Below are positions 40,979-52,381 of a stretch of 64,000 nt of DNA, piece by piece; the stretch's first letter is position 1, and every line of letters starts with the position of its first letter. The DNA lies in contig OY729428.2 of the NCBI GenBank assembly GCA_963422375.2, forward strand, positions 1,920,001 through 1,984,000, read 5' to 3'. The DNA is from Bryobacterales bacterium (GTDB lineage Bacteria > Acidobacteriota > Terriglobia > Bryobacterales > UBA6623). The notes beneath the pieces are model-generated. The model was not told the DNA's origin. It ran no database searches and worked only from the letters and a program-made list of their open reading frames with translations. The translations under genes were made by a program, and so were the position numbers.

Positions 40979-42703
40979 ATGCGCCCTTCTAGGCGGGACT
41001 GGCTGGCCCTTCTCGCCCCGGCACTGGCGCGCGGGCAGGGCGTGGCGACCCGTAACGTGCGCCCGCGGCGCCGAGCCGCGGCATCTGGAAGGCCCTTCGC
41101 GGCGAACTTCGTGGACGTCGCTGCGGAAGCCGGCTTGCGCCATCCGACCGTCTACGGGCCCTTGGACCACAAGGACTACATCGTCGAGACCGTCGGCTGC
41201 GGCTGCGCCTTCCTCGATTACGACAACGACGGATGGATGGACCTGCTCGTCCTCAGCGGCTCACGTGTCGCCGGCGCGCCCCCGGGCACGAGCAGCCGGC
41301 TTTACCGGAACAATCGGGACGGCACGTTCACCGACGTAACCGAGGAAGCGGGGCTCCTGCGGGAGCTATGGGCCTCGGGCGTGACCGTCGGCGACTACGA
41401 CAACGACGGCTACGATGACATATTCATCACCGCCTTCGGGCAGAATGTCCTGTACCGCAATAACGGCGATGGCACGTTCACGGACGTCACCCGGGCAGCG
41501 GGCCTGATCGACGCTAGGCCGCGCTGGGGAGCGGGCTGCGCGTTCCTGGACTACGATCTCGACGGACACCTCGACCTGTTCGTGTCGAACTATTGCCATT
41601 TCGATTTCGACACGGCGCCCAAGCCCGGCACGGCTACTTGCAACTGGAAGGGCGTTCCCGTCCACTGCGGGCCGCGGGGCCTGCCCTTCTCCCGACACTC
41701 GCTGTACCGCAACAACGGCGACGGCACCTTCCAAGAGGTCAGCGAGCAGGCGGGAATCGCCCGGGCCCGGCCCGGCTACGGCATGACGGTCGCAGCCGCC
41801 GACTACGACAACGACGGCTGGCCCGACATCTACGTGGCATGCGATTCGACGCCCAGCCTGCTGTTCCGCAACCGGCGCGACGGGACGTTCGAGGAGATCG
41901 GCTTGGCCCGGGGCGTCGCATTGAACGAGGACGGCCAGGAGCAAGCCGGCATGGGCGTTGGCGTGGGAGACTTCACCTTGAGCGGCGATCTCGATATCTT
42001 CAAGACGCATTTCGCCGACGACACGAACATCCTCTACGTGAACGACGGCGCGGGCCGGTTCAAGGATCGCACGCTCGCGTCCGGGCTTGCCGTGGAAGTG
42101 CGCTACGTTTGCTGGGGCGCGGGGATCGTCGACCTCGACAACGACGGCTGGCCCGACATCTTCTACGCGACCGGCAACATCTATCCCGAAGTCGAATCGA
42201 GACTGCCCGGCTATCCCTTCAAGACGCCCAACGTCGTGTTCCGCAACCTCGGAGGCGGCCGTCTCGAGCAGTTGCATGACGAGGCGGGACCCGCGATGGC
42301 CACGGCGCATTCGAGCCGCGGCTGCGCCTTCGGCGACTTCGACAACGACGGCGACATTGACATCCTCGTAGTCAACCTCAACGAGCCGCCGTCGCTCCTG
42401 CGGAACGACATCGAGGGCGGCGGCAACTGGCTGAAAGCGAAGCTGATCGGGACGGTCTCGAACAGCAGCGCGATCGGAGCGAGAGTGATCTGCTCGTACG
42501 GCCCCCGCCGTCAAGTCCAAGAGGTGATGTCACAGTCGAGCTACTATTCGTGCAACGACCCGCGACTGCATTTCGGCCTAGGGGACCATGCGTCCGCCTC
42601 GTTGCGCATACGATGGCCCAGCGGAGTCTCGCAAGCCTTGGACGACCTGCCTGCCAACCAGATCGTCACGATACGCGAACCGAGTGAGCAGGACGAGGGC
42701 TAG
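40979..42703 (+). CDS. CRTAC1 family protein (FG-GAP repeats plus ASPIC/UnbV)
   Basis: Repeated DYDNDG.D and YRNNGDGTF motifs; AIGARV, LHFGLG, IRWPSG; SRR leader. Confidence 0.93.
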   Translation: MRPSRRDWLALLAPALARGQGVATRNVRPRRRAAASGRPFAANFVDVAAEAGLRHPTVYGPLDHKDYIVETVGCGCAFLDYDNDGWMDLLVLSGSRVAGAPPGTSSRLYRNNRDGTFTDVTEEAGLLRELWASGVTVGDYDNDGYDDIFITAFGQNVLYRNNGDGTFTDVTRAAGLIDARPRWGAGCAFLDYDLDGHLDLFVSNYCHFDFDTAPKPGTATCNWKGVPVHCGPRGLPFSRHSLYRNNGDGTFQEVSEQAGIARARPGYGMTVAAADYDNDGWPDIYVACDSTPSLLFRNRRDGTFEEIGLARGVALNEDGQEQAGMGVGVGDFTLSGDLDIFKTHFADDTNILYVNDGAGRFKDRTLASGLAVEVRYVCWGAGIVDLDNDGWPDIFYATGNIYPEVESRLPGYPFKTPNVVFRNLGGGRLEQLHDEAGPAMATAHSSRGCAFGDFDNDGDIDILVVNLNEPPSLLRNDIEGGGNWLKAKLIGTVSNSSAIGARVICSYGPRRQVQEVMSQSSYYSCNDPRLHFGLGDHASASLRIRWPSGVSQALDDLPANQIVTIREPSEQDEG

Positions 42704-42776
42704 ACCGGCAGTGCAACGCCTTGCCGAGATCGTCGCGCGACCGGAGCCAAGCAACCGAGTGCCAACGAACGCCCCC

Positions 42777-44414
42777 GTGAAGGCCAAGTCCGTCACTCCG
42801 CCCGCCCGTCGCTGTCCCCGGTGCCTTCGAGGACGGCGAGATTCGGTACCTGCACGGGTTCTGCTGGGAGGCGCGGTCGTCCTCGCGACCGTTGCCGGAG
42901 GCGTTCCTGCAGTCCGTGCAACGGAGAGCGCCGCAGGCTTGGAGTACCTTCGCGCTGGTCGCGCGGACGAGGCCTTGGCCTTCTTTCGAAGCGTGCTGGC
43001 CGCGAATCCGGACGAACTGACCGCATTGAACATGGTCGGCGCGATCCTCTGCATCCAAGACGATCCAGAGGCCGCGACGGGTTACTTCGAACGCGCGCTG
43101 CGCATCTCCCCGGACTTCGTCGCGGCTCGAAAGAATCTCGCGATCGCGGAGTTCGAGCTCCGTCACTACGCCGCCGCCGAAGAGCATCTGCAAGTGCTGC
43201 TCGAGCTGCCGGAGGCCCAGGGGCAGGCCCGGCTGTTCCTGGGGATGATCGCCTCGGAGTCCGGCCAGCACGAACGAGCCGTCGGGCTGCTCCGAGCTGC
43301 GGAGGACTGGATGGCCAGCCAACCGCGAGCGCTCATCGCATTCGCCCGATCCCTGCGGCATGTCGGACAAAGGGACAAGGCATTGGAAGTCCTGGACCTC
43401 GCTCGGTCGCGAGACGACCTGACAGGGGCTGATCTGGTCGATGCCGCGCAGGTCGCCGTGGCGGCCGGTCGCTTCGATCAAGGCTTGGCCGATCTGGAGC
43501 GCGCCGAGGCACTTGATTCGGATCTATCGGGAATCGGCGTTCGGAGGGTCGAGATTCTTGTCCAAGCAGGTCGGCACGAGGATGCGCTGGCGCTGGCCCG
43601 ACTGCTTGCGGAAGAGACTCCCGGCGGCGCCCTGCTGTCACTGATAGCCGAGCTAGCCGAGGCCGCCGGAGACCTCGATGGCGCGGTCATGGCGCTGCGC
43701 AGGGCGATTCAGGTCGAACCCCACAGCGAGGACCGCTACATCGAACTCAGCGAGTTCTGCGTTCGCTATCGCAACTCAGAACTGGCGCTCGAGATCCTGG
43801 ACCTCGGGTCGCGCCGCATAGCGAACTCGTACAGACTTCTCGTGCAAAGAGGCATCACCCTCGGCGAGGTCCAGCGGTACGACGAGGCCCGAAAGGCCTT
43901 CGCCACGGCCATCGGGTTGACGCCGGACCATTCGGTTGCGCTGACGGCGCTGGCAGTGTGCCTGATCCTCTCCGAGGAAATGTCCGAGGCATTGAAGGCG
44001 CTAGGAGCGGGAGTGGATCGATTTCCGCACGACTTCTATATGCACTACATCTACGGCTTCGCGCTCGACCGCGCTCGCGCCGAACAGGGCGGCCGAGCTC
44101 GGGAGGCACTTGCCGAGGAGCACCTGAGAAGGTCGATCGAGCTGAACAAAGCGTTTCCTTCGGCCCATTACCGACTGGGCAAGCTGCTGGCCGAGAGAGA
44201 GCCGGCCACGGCGACGCGCCACCTTGAAGCGGCAGTACGCCTCGATCCTCAACTGACCGCGGCCAAGTACCAGCTCGGGCAGCTGTACTTGGACAGTGGC
44301 CGGCTCGAAGATGGCGAGCGGCTCATGCAGGAAGTCGGCGAAGCGAAGCAGCGGGCACTCGAGCAGGAGCAGGTGCCTCAGTTCCGAGCGGTTAGGACCG
44401 CACCTGCGCGTTGA
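42777..44414 (+). CDS. Tetratricopeptide repeat protein
   Basis: Multiple TPR-like helices (FERALRISP, AHYRLG, AKYQLGQLY). Start uncertain. Confidence 0.85.
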   Translation: MKAKSVTPPARRCPRCLRGRRDSVPARVLLGGAVVLATVAGGVPAVRATESAAGLEYLRAGRADEALAFFRSVLAANPDELTALNMVGAILCIQDDPEAATGYFERALRISPDFVAARKNLAIAEFELRHYAAAEEHLQVLLELPEAQGQARLFLGMIASESGQHERAVGLLRAAEDWMASQPRALIAFARSLRHVGQRDKALEVLDLARSRDDLTGADLVDAAQVAVAAGRFDQGLADLERAEALDSDLSGIGVRRVEILVQAGRHEDALALARLLAEETPGGALLSLIAELAEAAGDLDGAVMALRRAIQVEPHSEDRYIELSEFCVRYRNSELALEILDLGSRRIANSYRLLVQRGITLGEVQRYDEARKAFATAIGLTPDHSVALTALAVCLILSEEMSEALKALGAGVDRFPHDFYMHYIYGFALDRARAEQGGRAREALAEEHLRRSIELNKAFPSAHYRLGKLLAEREPATATRHLEAAVRLDPQLTAAKYQLGQLYLDSGRLEDGERLMQEVGEAKQRALEQEQVPQFRAVRTAPAR

Positions 44415-45371
44415 GCCGCAATCGAGGAACGCACATCCTGCCTCTTGCTCTTGGGGCCCCAACCGTCCGCCACGCGAGGGAGGAAATCCTGACGGGCGGC
44501 TGAACCAGAGCGTTCGACATGGGCGGCACTCCCCAGCGTGCAACGCAGGCTCCCGGAGTCGCGGTCTGGCATTCGGCCGGAGGCGCTGACCGTGATCTCG
44601 AGAGTCGCCTTGTCCTTGCGCTTGGCGACAATACTGGCAGGCCAATCGTCGATCAAGTCAGTGCCCGAGGTTGCCTTCTGCCGAGCATCGGCGCATGCTA
44701 TGGGTGTTCCAGCCGGTGGCACATCTCGAGATGCCCGTCGCGATGGAAACCTGCCCGGTCGACACGCACGTCGCGGCGCGCTTGGCCGAGATGGGCAGCG
44801 GACCGGGCCCGCGGGATGACAGGGGGCACGCTGATCCGGCGTGCGACGTTCGATCTCCGTGGCCTGGTTCCGTCCACCGATCGCGTCGACGATGGGCTAA
44901 GCCCGATTGTCCCAGCGACCTCGGCATCCGGTGAGAACCCCGGGGCCGCTTGTGCCGGGAGCTCCGCAGAATTATTCGGAGCAACCCGCACCACGAAAGC
45001 CGACGCGCACGGCCCTATGACCTAGGGTTGCACAGTGGCCGAGCCGCCAGGAATCCAGCACCCCGACATGTCCTCAAATTTGTGCGGCGGACTTCCAATG
45101 ACCGGCATGCGCGGGAGGTTCGGTGCCCAACGCCAAACTTATCGCAAGGCATGCTTGGGCAGCGATTCGTTGGATCGAATCTTGATTGAGGCGCAGCGAC
45201 GATGGCCGGAACGTGTGGCAGCGATCATGCACGTTGGTGCGTGGCCAAGGAGGGAAGAGATATAGCGCGAGCGCAACCTGAACTGTGGCAAAGGTGTGAA
45301 GATTGCCCCGAGTGCGGCTGCCGAAACTGTTCTCTCTGCATGTCCCGGTGTCGGGGATACACTTGCTAAAT

Positions 45372-48316
45372 GGAATTATATGTCTGAGTGCTTAGGCAGC
45401 CAATATGGCAAATTATCAATCCATAAATTGATTTGATATTTCTTCCATATCTCTGTTGGAATTCGCTGAATTTTCTTGAGAGAATAGTTCCAATATATGA
45501 GATCCTATTTGAAGAAGAAGTCCCCCGGGAAGTGGTTTCGTAAGGGCATCACTTTGCTTGAAGTGATCACGATATTCCCCGCTGACGAATCCGCGGAAAA
45601 GTGGTTCGCCTCCATGCGCTGGCCGGACGGTCCGGTATACCCCGACTGCCACGGCTCCAGCGTGCAGTCCGGCACGGCCCACCCTTCGATGCCGTACCGT
45701 TGCCGCGGCTGCGGCAAGCGCTTTGCCGTGCGCACCGGCAGCGTGATGGCCGACACCAAGCCCGGCTACCGCGTCCGGGCCGTCGCCATGTTCCTGCTGA
45801 TCACCGGCCTCAAGGGCGTCTCCAGCATGAAGCTGCACCGCGACCTGGGCATCAGCCGGAAGTCGGCCTGACACCTGGCACACCGCATCCGCGGGCGCTG
45901 GGAGCGCAGCGATTCTCAATTTGGGCATTTTGGGATTTCCAGAGTGTCTGAGAAAGGTGTCGAAGGCAGTCTGGCACTTGACTTTTGCTTGCGGAATGTG
46001 TGAGCTAGGGTGCATGCCCCATGTCCTGGACCCGCTGCTGAGCGCCTTCCGCGGGACGGCCGCCGGCCGGCCCGACCGGCGCGACGGTCGCAGCAACAAG
46101 CGCTACGAGGTCAGCGACGCCGCCGGTTGCGCCCTGGTGCGCCCCGGCCTGCTTCTTCACCCGGTGCGAGTCGTTCCTTGCGTTCCAGCGGCGCATGGAG
46201 CGGGACGGCTCCCGCTGCAACTGCCGGACCCTGTTCGGCGCGGGCCGCATCCCCTGCGACAACCGGACCAGCGCCTCGACGAGCGCCTGCCGGCGGCTCC
46301 GGACGGCGTCCGGTTCCACCGCTCCGACAAGGTGCATTGCCCGCAGTGCTCGGTGCGGCGCGCCGGCAGCGAGCGCCGGCCGCATCACTTCCACGCCATG
46401 GCCGTCGGCCACCGCGGTGGCCGACGGCCACGCCACCGTCCTGCCGCTGATGCCCGAGTTCGCGTGCCCGCAGCAGGACGCGGCCGCGACCCGCGCCGAC
46501 ATGAGCGAGGACGAGCGCAAGCGGGACTGCGAGCGCAACGCCGCCAAGCGCCGGATCGCCGCTCGCGGCGCCTGGCTGCAGGCCTACCGCCCCGTTCTGC
46601 CGGGCGACGACCTGTACTGCTGCCAGCCGGTCTGCGAGGCCGCCGCGGCGGCCGGCATGGACTGCATCCGGGTATGCAAGCCCGGATTCCACAAGCACTT
46701 GCACGAGGAGCTGGAGAGCCGGCGGGCGAGCGGCGCGGTGCGCTCGACCGGCTGGCTGCCGCGGCGCGGGAAGGGCAAGCGGTCCGAGCGGCACCGTTTC
46801 CGCCGGACGGCCGCGGTGCCCCTGCGCCAGGGCCGCGACGCCCTGCGGGGCACTTGGCTCGAGTACGCCGTGGAGCGCGACGGCAAGCGCACCTGCGCCC
46901 ACAGCTTCTTCACCGGTCTCGCGGTCACCGCGGACAACGCGGAGCCGATCGCGCGGGCCGGCCGGGCGCGCTGGAAGATCGAGAACGAGGGCTGCAACTG
47001 CCTGGCGCGGCACGGCCGCAACTGCAAGCGCAACTTCGGGCACGGCAAGGAAGGGCCGGCCAACGCGCCGGCCGTGCCGAACCTGTTCGCTTTCGCGCTC
47101 CACGCCGTGGTGCAGTGCGTCTGCGCGCTGCGGCAGCAGTGCCGGCGCCAGCCGGTCACGCGCCGCGCCCTGTTCCGGGAGCTGCAGGTCGCGCTGCGCT
47201 GGTTCCGCTTCCCGGACCGGCCGACGCTGCTGGCGGCGGTGCGCGACGGACGCGCGCCTCCGGGCTGCCAGGCGGCCGGGGCCTGGACTCCGCGCAGTTT
47301 CGTGCCGGCAGCGTCCGGCCAGCGGCCGACCGTCAAAGCCGGCTACCGCCGGAGTGCGTCCGGCCGCGGGCTCGGCACTCGGCGGACCCGCGACGCGGGC
47401 CGCGCCACGGCCCTGCCCGCCGTCCGACGCTCCCGCGGGGCGGCCTCGGGAGCGCAACCTCTCGGTCAACTTATTCACCTCATCCTCCGAAACAACCTTC
47501 ACGCACCCCCTTGACGGCCAAATTTAGAACCGCTGCTGGGAGCGGGACGAGGACCTGTTCGCGGGACCGGTGGAAGTGGACGAGACCTACGTCGGCAGCA
47601 AGGAGCGCAACAAGCACGAGAGCAAGAAGCCCCGCGCCGGGCGCGCAGGTCCGCTCCGACGAGGCGGCGGCCTGCGCCGGCTTGGCGGAGTTCCCGCACG
47701 AGGGCGTCAAGCACTCCGACGGCGAGTACGTGCGCGGGGCAGCGCATGCGAACGGCATCGAGTCGTTCCGGTCCCTGTTCAAGCGCGGCCTCTACAGAAC
47801 CTATCACCGGATGAGCGTCCGTCATTCGGGCCGCTACGTAGCGGAGTTCGCGGGACGGCGCAGCGCCCGCAACTGCGACACGGCGGAACAGATGCGACAC
47901 ATGGCGCGGGGCCTGGTCGGCCGGACGCTGACCTACCGGCAACTGGTCGGCAAGGCCGCGGTCGCGGCCTGAGCACGGCCTAGCCGGTCAGCTGCGGCCT
48001 CTTTTCACGCACGGCGCGAAGGGCGCTGCGGATCCGGGATCCCGCGCGGCGACCGCTGTCCAGCCCGGACAATTCATACACGCAGCCGGCTTGGAAGAGG
48101 AGCCTTTCCACGGCAAACCGGGCTCTGCCGGCGTGTCCGAGGCGGCCTCTCTCATCCGTGCGCCTTGAAATCCGCTTGCCGGTGCGATTCAGATACGAAC
48201 CGACTTTTCGGTGCCCATCTCGGCCGCACACAAATGGCCCGAGCTAGACGCCGACGTCCCTGATCAGAGCAGACCTAGCCGGATATGGTGTCGTCGGCAC
48301 TCAGATTCATAATTCC
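45372..48316 (+). mobile_element. IS1595-family element, copy B, degenerate and interrupted by a nested IS
   Basis: Imperfect inverted repeats GGAATTATATGTCTGAGTGC and GCACTCAGATTCATAATTCC. Transposase halves 45497-45906 (TGA at 45869-45871) and 47536-47972. No target duplication seen. Confidence 0.88.
45907..47535 (+). mobile_element. ISNCY-like insertion sequence (1629 bp) nested in IS1595
   Basis: Inverted repeats CAGCGATTCTCAATTTGG and CAGCGGTTCTAAATTTGG (16/18); 9-bp target duplication CTGGGAGCG (45898-45906 and 47536-47544); frameshifted transposase with DCERNAAKR, GDDLY, GRARWKIENE, NFGHG. Confidence 0.9.
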
Positions 48317-48859
48317 TCTCTGAATGATCCTATTCATCCGGCATATGGAATTACTCGGTGCGGTCTTGGTGCGACAGAAAAACCGAGTGTGCCCGAGAAT
48401 CGGCGCCAGAGAAGCGATTTGTGGTGAGTATAACAGACGGATTCATCGAATCATTTCGTAGTGCTCGAGTTGGTCTAGATCGCATTAGGCAGTGCTTCGC
48501 CAGAGGAAATGGAAGCCATCCCCAGTTCCACGCGGCGTGGCGCAATTCGCTCCAGAGACGGGAGTTCACTGCAAGTCGAACGTTCTGAGACGCACCACCA
48601 CCCCCGGGATGTGAGTGGGGATTCCGAGGCAGCCGCTTGTCCCCGTCGGAGACTCGGGTCTGTCGACGCGAATCCGTGCTTCGCGCTGACCCCGTGCAGG
48701 AGGGCCGCGTTCGCCCGATTTGATGGGGTTGCGATCAATCGGGCGAAGCGGACGCTTCGGCTGACGCCCCCGCTCGACTGCGCAGCGGCAGGGGCCAGAG
48801 CAACTGGCTAGCTCGGTATCGAGTCCTTGCGGGAGCCTCGCAGCAGCGGGCGGGCGCCA

Positions 48860-49705
48860 CTACCCTCTTCGGCGACGCACCGTGTTGCTGAGCACACCGA
48901 TTCCGGTGACTTCGACTTCGCAGACGTCGCCGGCCTTCATTGCGCTGGTCGAGCCCGGAGTCCCGGTGAAGATCGAGTCGCCTGGAGAGAGGCGCACGTG
49001 CTGACTGATGAAGCTGACGACCTGCTCCGGCCTGAACAGCAGGTCGCTCACTTTCTGGTGCTGCTTCGTGTCGCCGTTCAGCCGCAAGCTGATATCGGAC
49101 TCCATGTACTCGAGGCCGACTGCGATGGATGGCCCCATGGGCCCGAAGGTGTCGCAGCCCTTGGCGCGCCACCACTGCAGGTCGTCCTGCTGCCAGTCGC
49201 GCTCCGAGACATCGTTGCCGCAGGTGTATCCGAGGATGTGATCGGCCGCCTGGCTCTCGGAGATGCCCCTTCCCCCCTTGCCGACCACGATGACGAACTC
49301 GGCTTCGAAGTGCATGTTCTGGGAGCCGGGAGGAATGAAGATCGGGTCACCGGGGTTCTGAAGCGAGGTCGTGGGCTTGAAGAAGATCTCCGGCTTCGTT
49401 GGCGCTGGCCGCTCTCCGAGGTGGCTCTTGTAGTTCAGGCCGACAGCGAACACCTGTTGCGAGCGGACGGGATACAGCAGCTTCACATCCGACAGGGCGA
49501 CCTTCTCCCCCGTGCGCTTGCGGGTTCCCAGAACCGATCCGTCGAGCGGGTAGATCGCGTCCCCTTCAAGCTCGCCGAAGTTGTTGTTGCGCCTGCCCTG
49601 CCGGTACCGCACGTAGTGCTTGACGCCGGACTGGGCTCTCAGGCCCGGCAGCACCGTTGCGGCCACCGCGGCGCCGGTGATCAGGTTGCGTCGAGTCATG
49701 GACAT
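48860..49705 (-). CDS. Fumarylacetoacetate hydrolase family protein with Tat signal
   Basis: TRRNL, VGLNY..H, FFKP, HFEAE, GNDVSERD, AKG.DTF.P, TGTP; AGGAGG Shine-Dalgarno. Confidence 0.93.
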   Translation of the reverse strand: MSMTRRNLITGAAVAATVLPGLRAQSGVKHYVRYRQGRRNNNFGELEGDAIYPLDGSVLGTRKRTGEKVALSDVKLLYPVRSQQVFAVGLNYKSHLGERPAPTKPEIFFKPTTSLQNPGDPIFIPPGSQNMHFEAEFVIVVGKGGRGISESQAADHILGYTCGNDVSERDWQQDDLQWWRAKGCDTFGPMGPSIAVGLEYMESDISLRLNGDTKQHQKVSDLLFRPEQVVSFISQHVRLSPGDSIFTGTPGSTSAMKAGDVCEVEVTGIGVLSNTVRRRRG

Positions 49706-49844
49706 GAGGTGTCCTCCTAACGGGGACTACTCTAGCACCGATCGCGGGCGCGGGGCGCTTCCGCCGCGGGGGGCTCGAGTCGCGCAGGTCTACCGGTGGG
49801 CGGAGGTGCTTGCGATGGGCTCGGCTCGAATGAAGGGGCCGGAT

Positions 49845-50645
49845 GCCCGGGTCCTCGTCGCCTCGCAGGGCCGCCTCGTGCATCAGGCCGCGCACGGCGA
49901 AATGCGCCAGCATGAGGCCGTAGAATTCCTGCTCGACCAGGTCCGGCGTCTTGCTGCGCAGCACGATCCGCGCGCCCCGCAAGTGCGTCTTCAACTCGTC
50001 GAGGGCGGTCTCGATCTCCCATCGCTCGTGATAGAGGGCGGCCAGCTCGCGCGCCGGGGCCGGCTCGGGACTCGGCGCCGTGGTGACCAGCCGGTACAGC
50101 GGCTCCGCCCCCTCGACCCCTTCCAGGCGGTATTCGATCACTCGCACCTCCCCGTCGTCGAACAGGCTCAGGCGGGACCCGTCGGCCAGCCGCCGGCGGC
50201 ACGGCATGCCCTGCGATTTCTTGAGACGCCACAGCTGGTCCGCGCCGGTGGCGCACGCCAGCCGCCACGTCTTGCGTCCGAAGAAGCCCCGGTCCGCCAG
50301 GCAGAGCATGCCCGGCAGCAACTGCGGCAGCACCTTCCGCGCCAGGGCCGACTTGCTGTCCGTGCACGGCCCCATGCGGGTTCCGAACAGCACGCGCGTG
50401 CCGGCTTCCACGAGGGACACGACGCGCACCTTGGGGAACGCTCCGGGCCCGCGACCGCCCGAAGTGCGCCTCGTTGGCTGGCTGGTCGGCGACATCGAGC
50501 GTGCTCCCGTCCACGCTGATCACCCGCCAGCCCCGGTACCATGCACCGCGCGTCCCGCCACGGCCACCGGCCGCACCAGCTCGTCGTGCAGCTCCCGCAG
50601 CGACTTCGCGCCCAGACGCGCGCGCGCCTGGGAAATGGCCGACTT
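49845..50645 (-). pseudogene. IS4-family transposase remnant (both ends missing)
   Basis: KSAISQARARLG, SVDGSTLDVAD, LADRGF, YHERWEIETALDELKTH, LRSKTP; frameshifted. Confidence 0.85.
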
Positions 50646-51719
50646 GCCGGTCAGCTGCCGGTAGGTCAGCGTCCGGCCGACCAGGCCCCGCGCCATGCGC
50701 CGCATCCGTTCCGCCGTGTCGCAGTCGCGGTCGTTGCACCGTCCCGCGAACTCCGTGAGGTAGCGACCCGGATGACGGACGCTCATCCGGTGATAGGTTT
50801 CGTAGAGGCCGCGCTTGAACAGGGACCGGAACGACTCGATGCCGTTCGCATGCGCCGCCCCGCGCACGTACTCGCCGCCGGAGTGCCTGACGGCTTCGTG
50901 CGCGAACTCGGCCATGCCGGCGCAGGCCGCCGCCTCGTCGGAGCGGAGCTGCGCCCCCGGCGCGACGCGGGCGCGCACGAAGCCCTGCAGGTCGCCCTTG
51001 GCGGTGCCCGGCAGCGGCCGCGCGGCCACTGCGTTCGTGGCGCGGTCCCGCGCCCCCGCCACGGGCGTCTTGCCGACGGGCCCGCGCCCGGCGCGGGCCT
51101 TCTTGCTCTCGTGCTGGTTGCGCTCCTTGCCGCCGACGCAGGTCTCGTCCACTTCCACCGGGCCGACGAACAGGTCCCGGTCCCGCTCCCGGCACGCGCG
51201 GATGCGGTGCGCCAGATGCCAGGCCGACTTCCGGCTGATGCCCGGGTCGCGGTGCAGCTTCATGCCAGAGACGCCCTTGATGCCGGTGGTCAGCAGGAAC
51301 AGGGCGACGGCCCGGGTGCGGTAGCCGAGCTTGGTGTCGGCCATCACGCTGCCGGCGCGCACGGAAAAGCGCTTGCCGCAGCCGCGGCAACGGTACGGCA
51401 TCGAAGGGTGGGCCGCGTCGGACTGCACGCTGGAGCCGCCGCAGCGGGGGCACGCGGGACCGTCGGGCCAGCGCATGGAGGCGAACCACTTTTCCGCGGA
51501 TTCGTCATCGCGGAACATGGCGATCACTTCGATCAATGTGATGCCTTTACGGAACCACTTTCCGGGACCTTGTTTCTTCATTTACGGTATCCCATACTGG
51601 AACTATTCTACCAAGAAACACCACAGAATTTCAACGGAAAGTCGGAAGAAATATGAAATCTTATTATGGTTTGATAATTTGCCGACTTGATTCCCTCGGC
51701 ACTCAGATATATAATTCCC
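50640..51719 (-). mobile_element. IS1595-family element, copy C, truncated and fused to the IS4 remnant
   Basis: Upstream end matches copy A, including the same inverted repeat (ends 51719). Transposase from 51581 reads directly into IS4 sequence at LTG-KSAISQ; the second inverted repeat is absent. Confidence 0.9.
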
Positions 51720-52175
51720 TTGCGAATCTGCGACATTTGCCCCGACGTGGAGGATGCCATGTGCATCGTCGCCCTGTACGCCTCGTTCGTGCGACAGCTC
51801 ATGTGGCAGGACCGGGAGGGTGAGTTGCCGCCTGATCCGCCAACCGAGATGATTGCGGAGAACCGCTGGCTGGCCCAGCGCTACGGCGTGTGGGTGTTTC
51901 TTGGTGACCCGGTCGCGGGCGGGCGCATGGACATCAACGACCACACGGCGCAACTAGTCGAGGACCTAGCCGAAGACGCTCTCGCACTCGGCTGTGAGTC
52001 CGAGCTGCGCCGCACGCTGCGAATCGTGCGCGATGGAGCTGGCGCGGACCGGCAGCTTGACCACTATCGGTTGCGTCGTCTGCAAGGCGACGAGGAGTGC
52101 CAGGCGCTGCACTCCGTGGTCGAGTTGATGGTCTCCGAGACCGACAAATCGTGCGGAGCAGCGAGCGACCGGTAG
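51720..52175 (+). pseudogene. C-terminal fragment of a carboxylate-amine ligase (YbdK/GCS2 family)
   Basis: LRICD, ENRWLAQRYG, GAGADRQ; 5' end cut exactly at the IS1595 inverted repeat. Confidence 0.8.
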
Positions 52176-52381
52176 CGTTTCGGCCGCAGGAATCGCCTAG
52201 ACAGAGCCAGCCGCTTCAAGCGGACACGGAGCTGCCCTCGGCCATCGAATCCGCCGGCGCGTTGGGTGCGCCCTGCCGGCCCGGCTGGGAAGGCGAGTTG
52301 CGGCCAATTCCAGCGAACAGGGAATCGAAGTATGGACGGCCGGTTTCGTCCGCCCCCGGCCGCGCCCTTCCATTTGGCCGG

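Noticed and set aside
44415..45371. Short ORFs between the TPR gene and IS1595, and at 48317-48850
   Set aside because: No recognisable family or convincing coding signal; probably decayed DNA.
45869..45871. TGA in the IS1595 transposase as recoding
   Set aside because: It corresponds to Trp in copy C and the element is otherwise disrupted; simple nonsense mutation.
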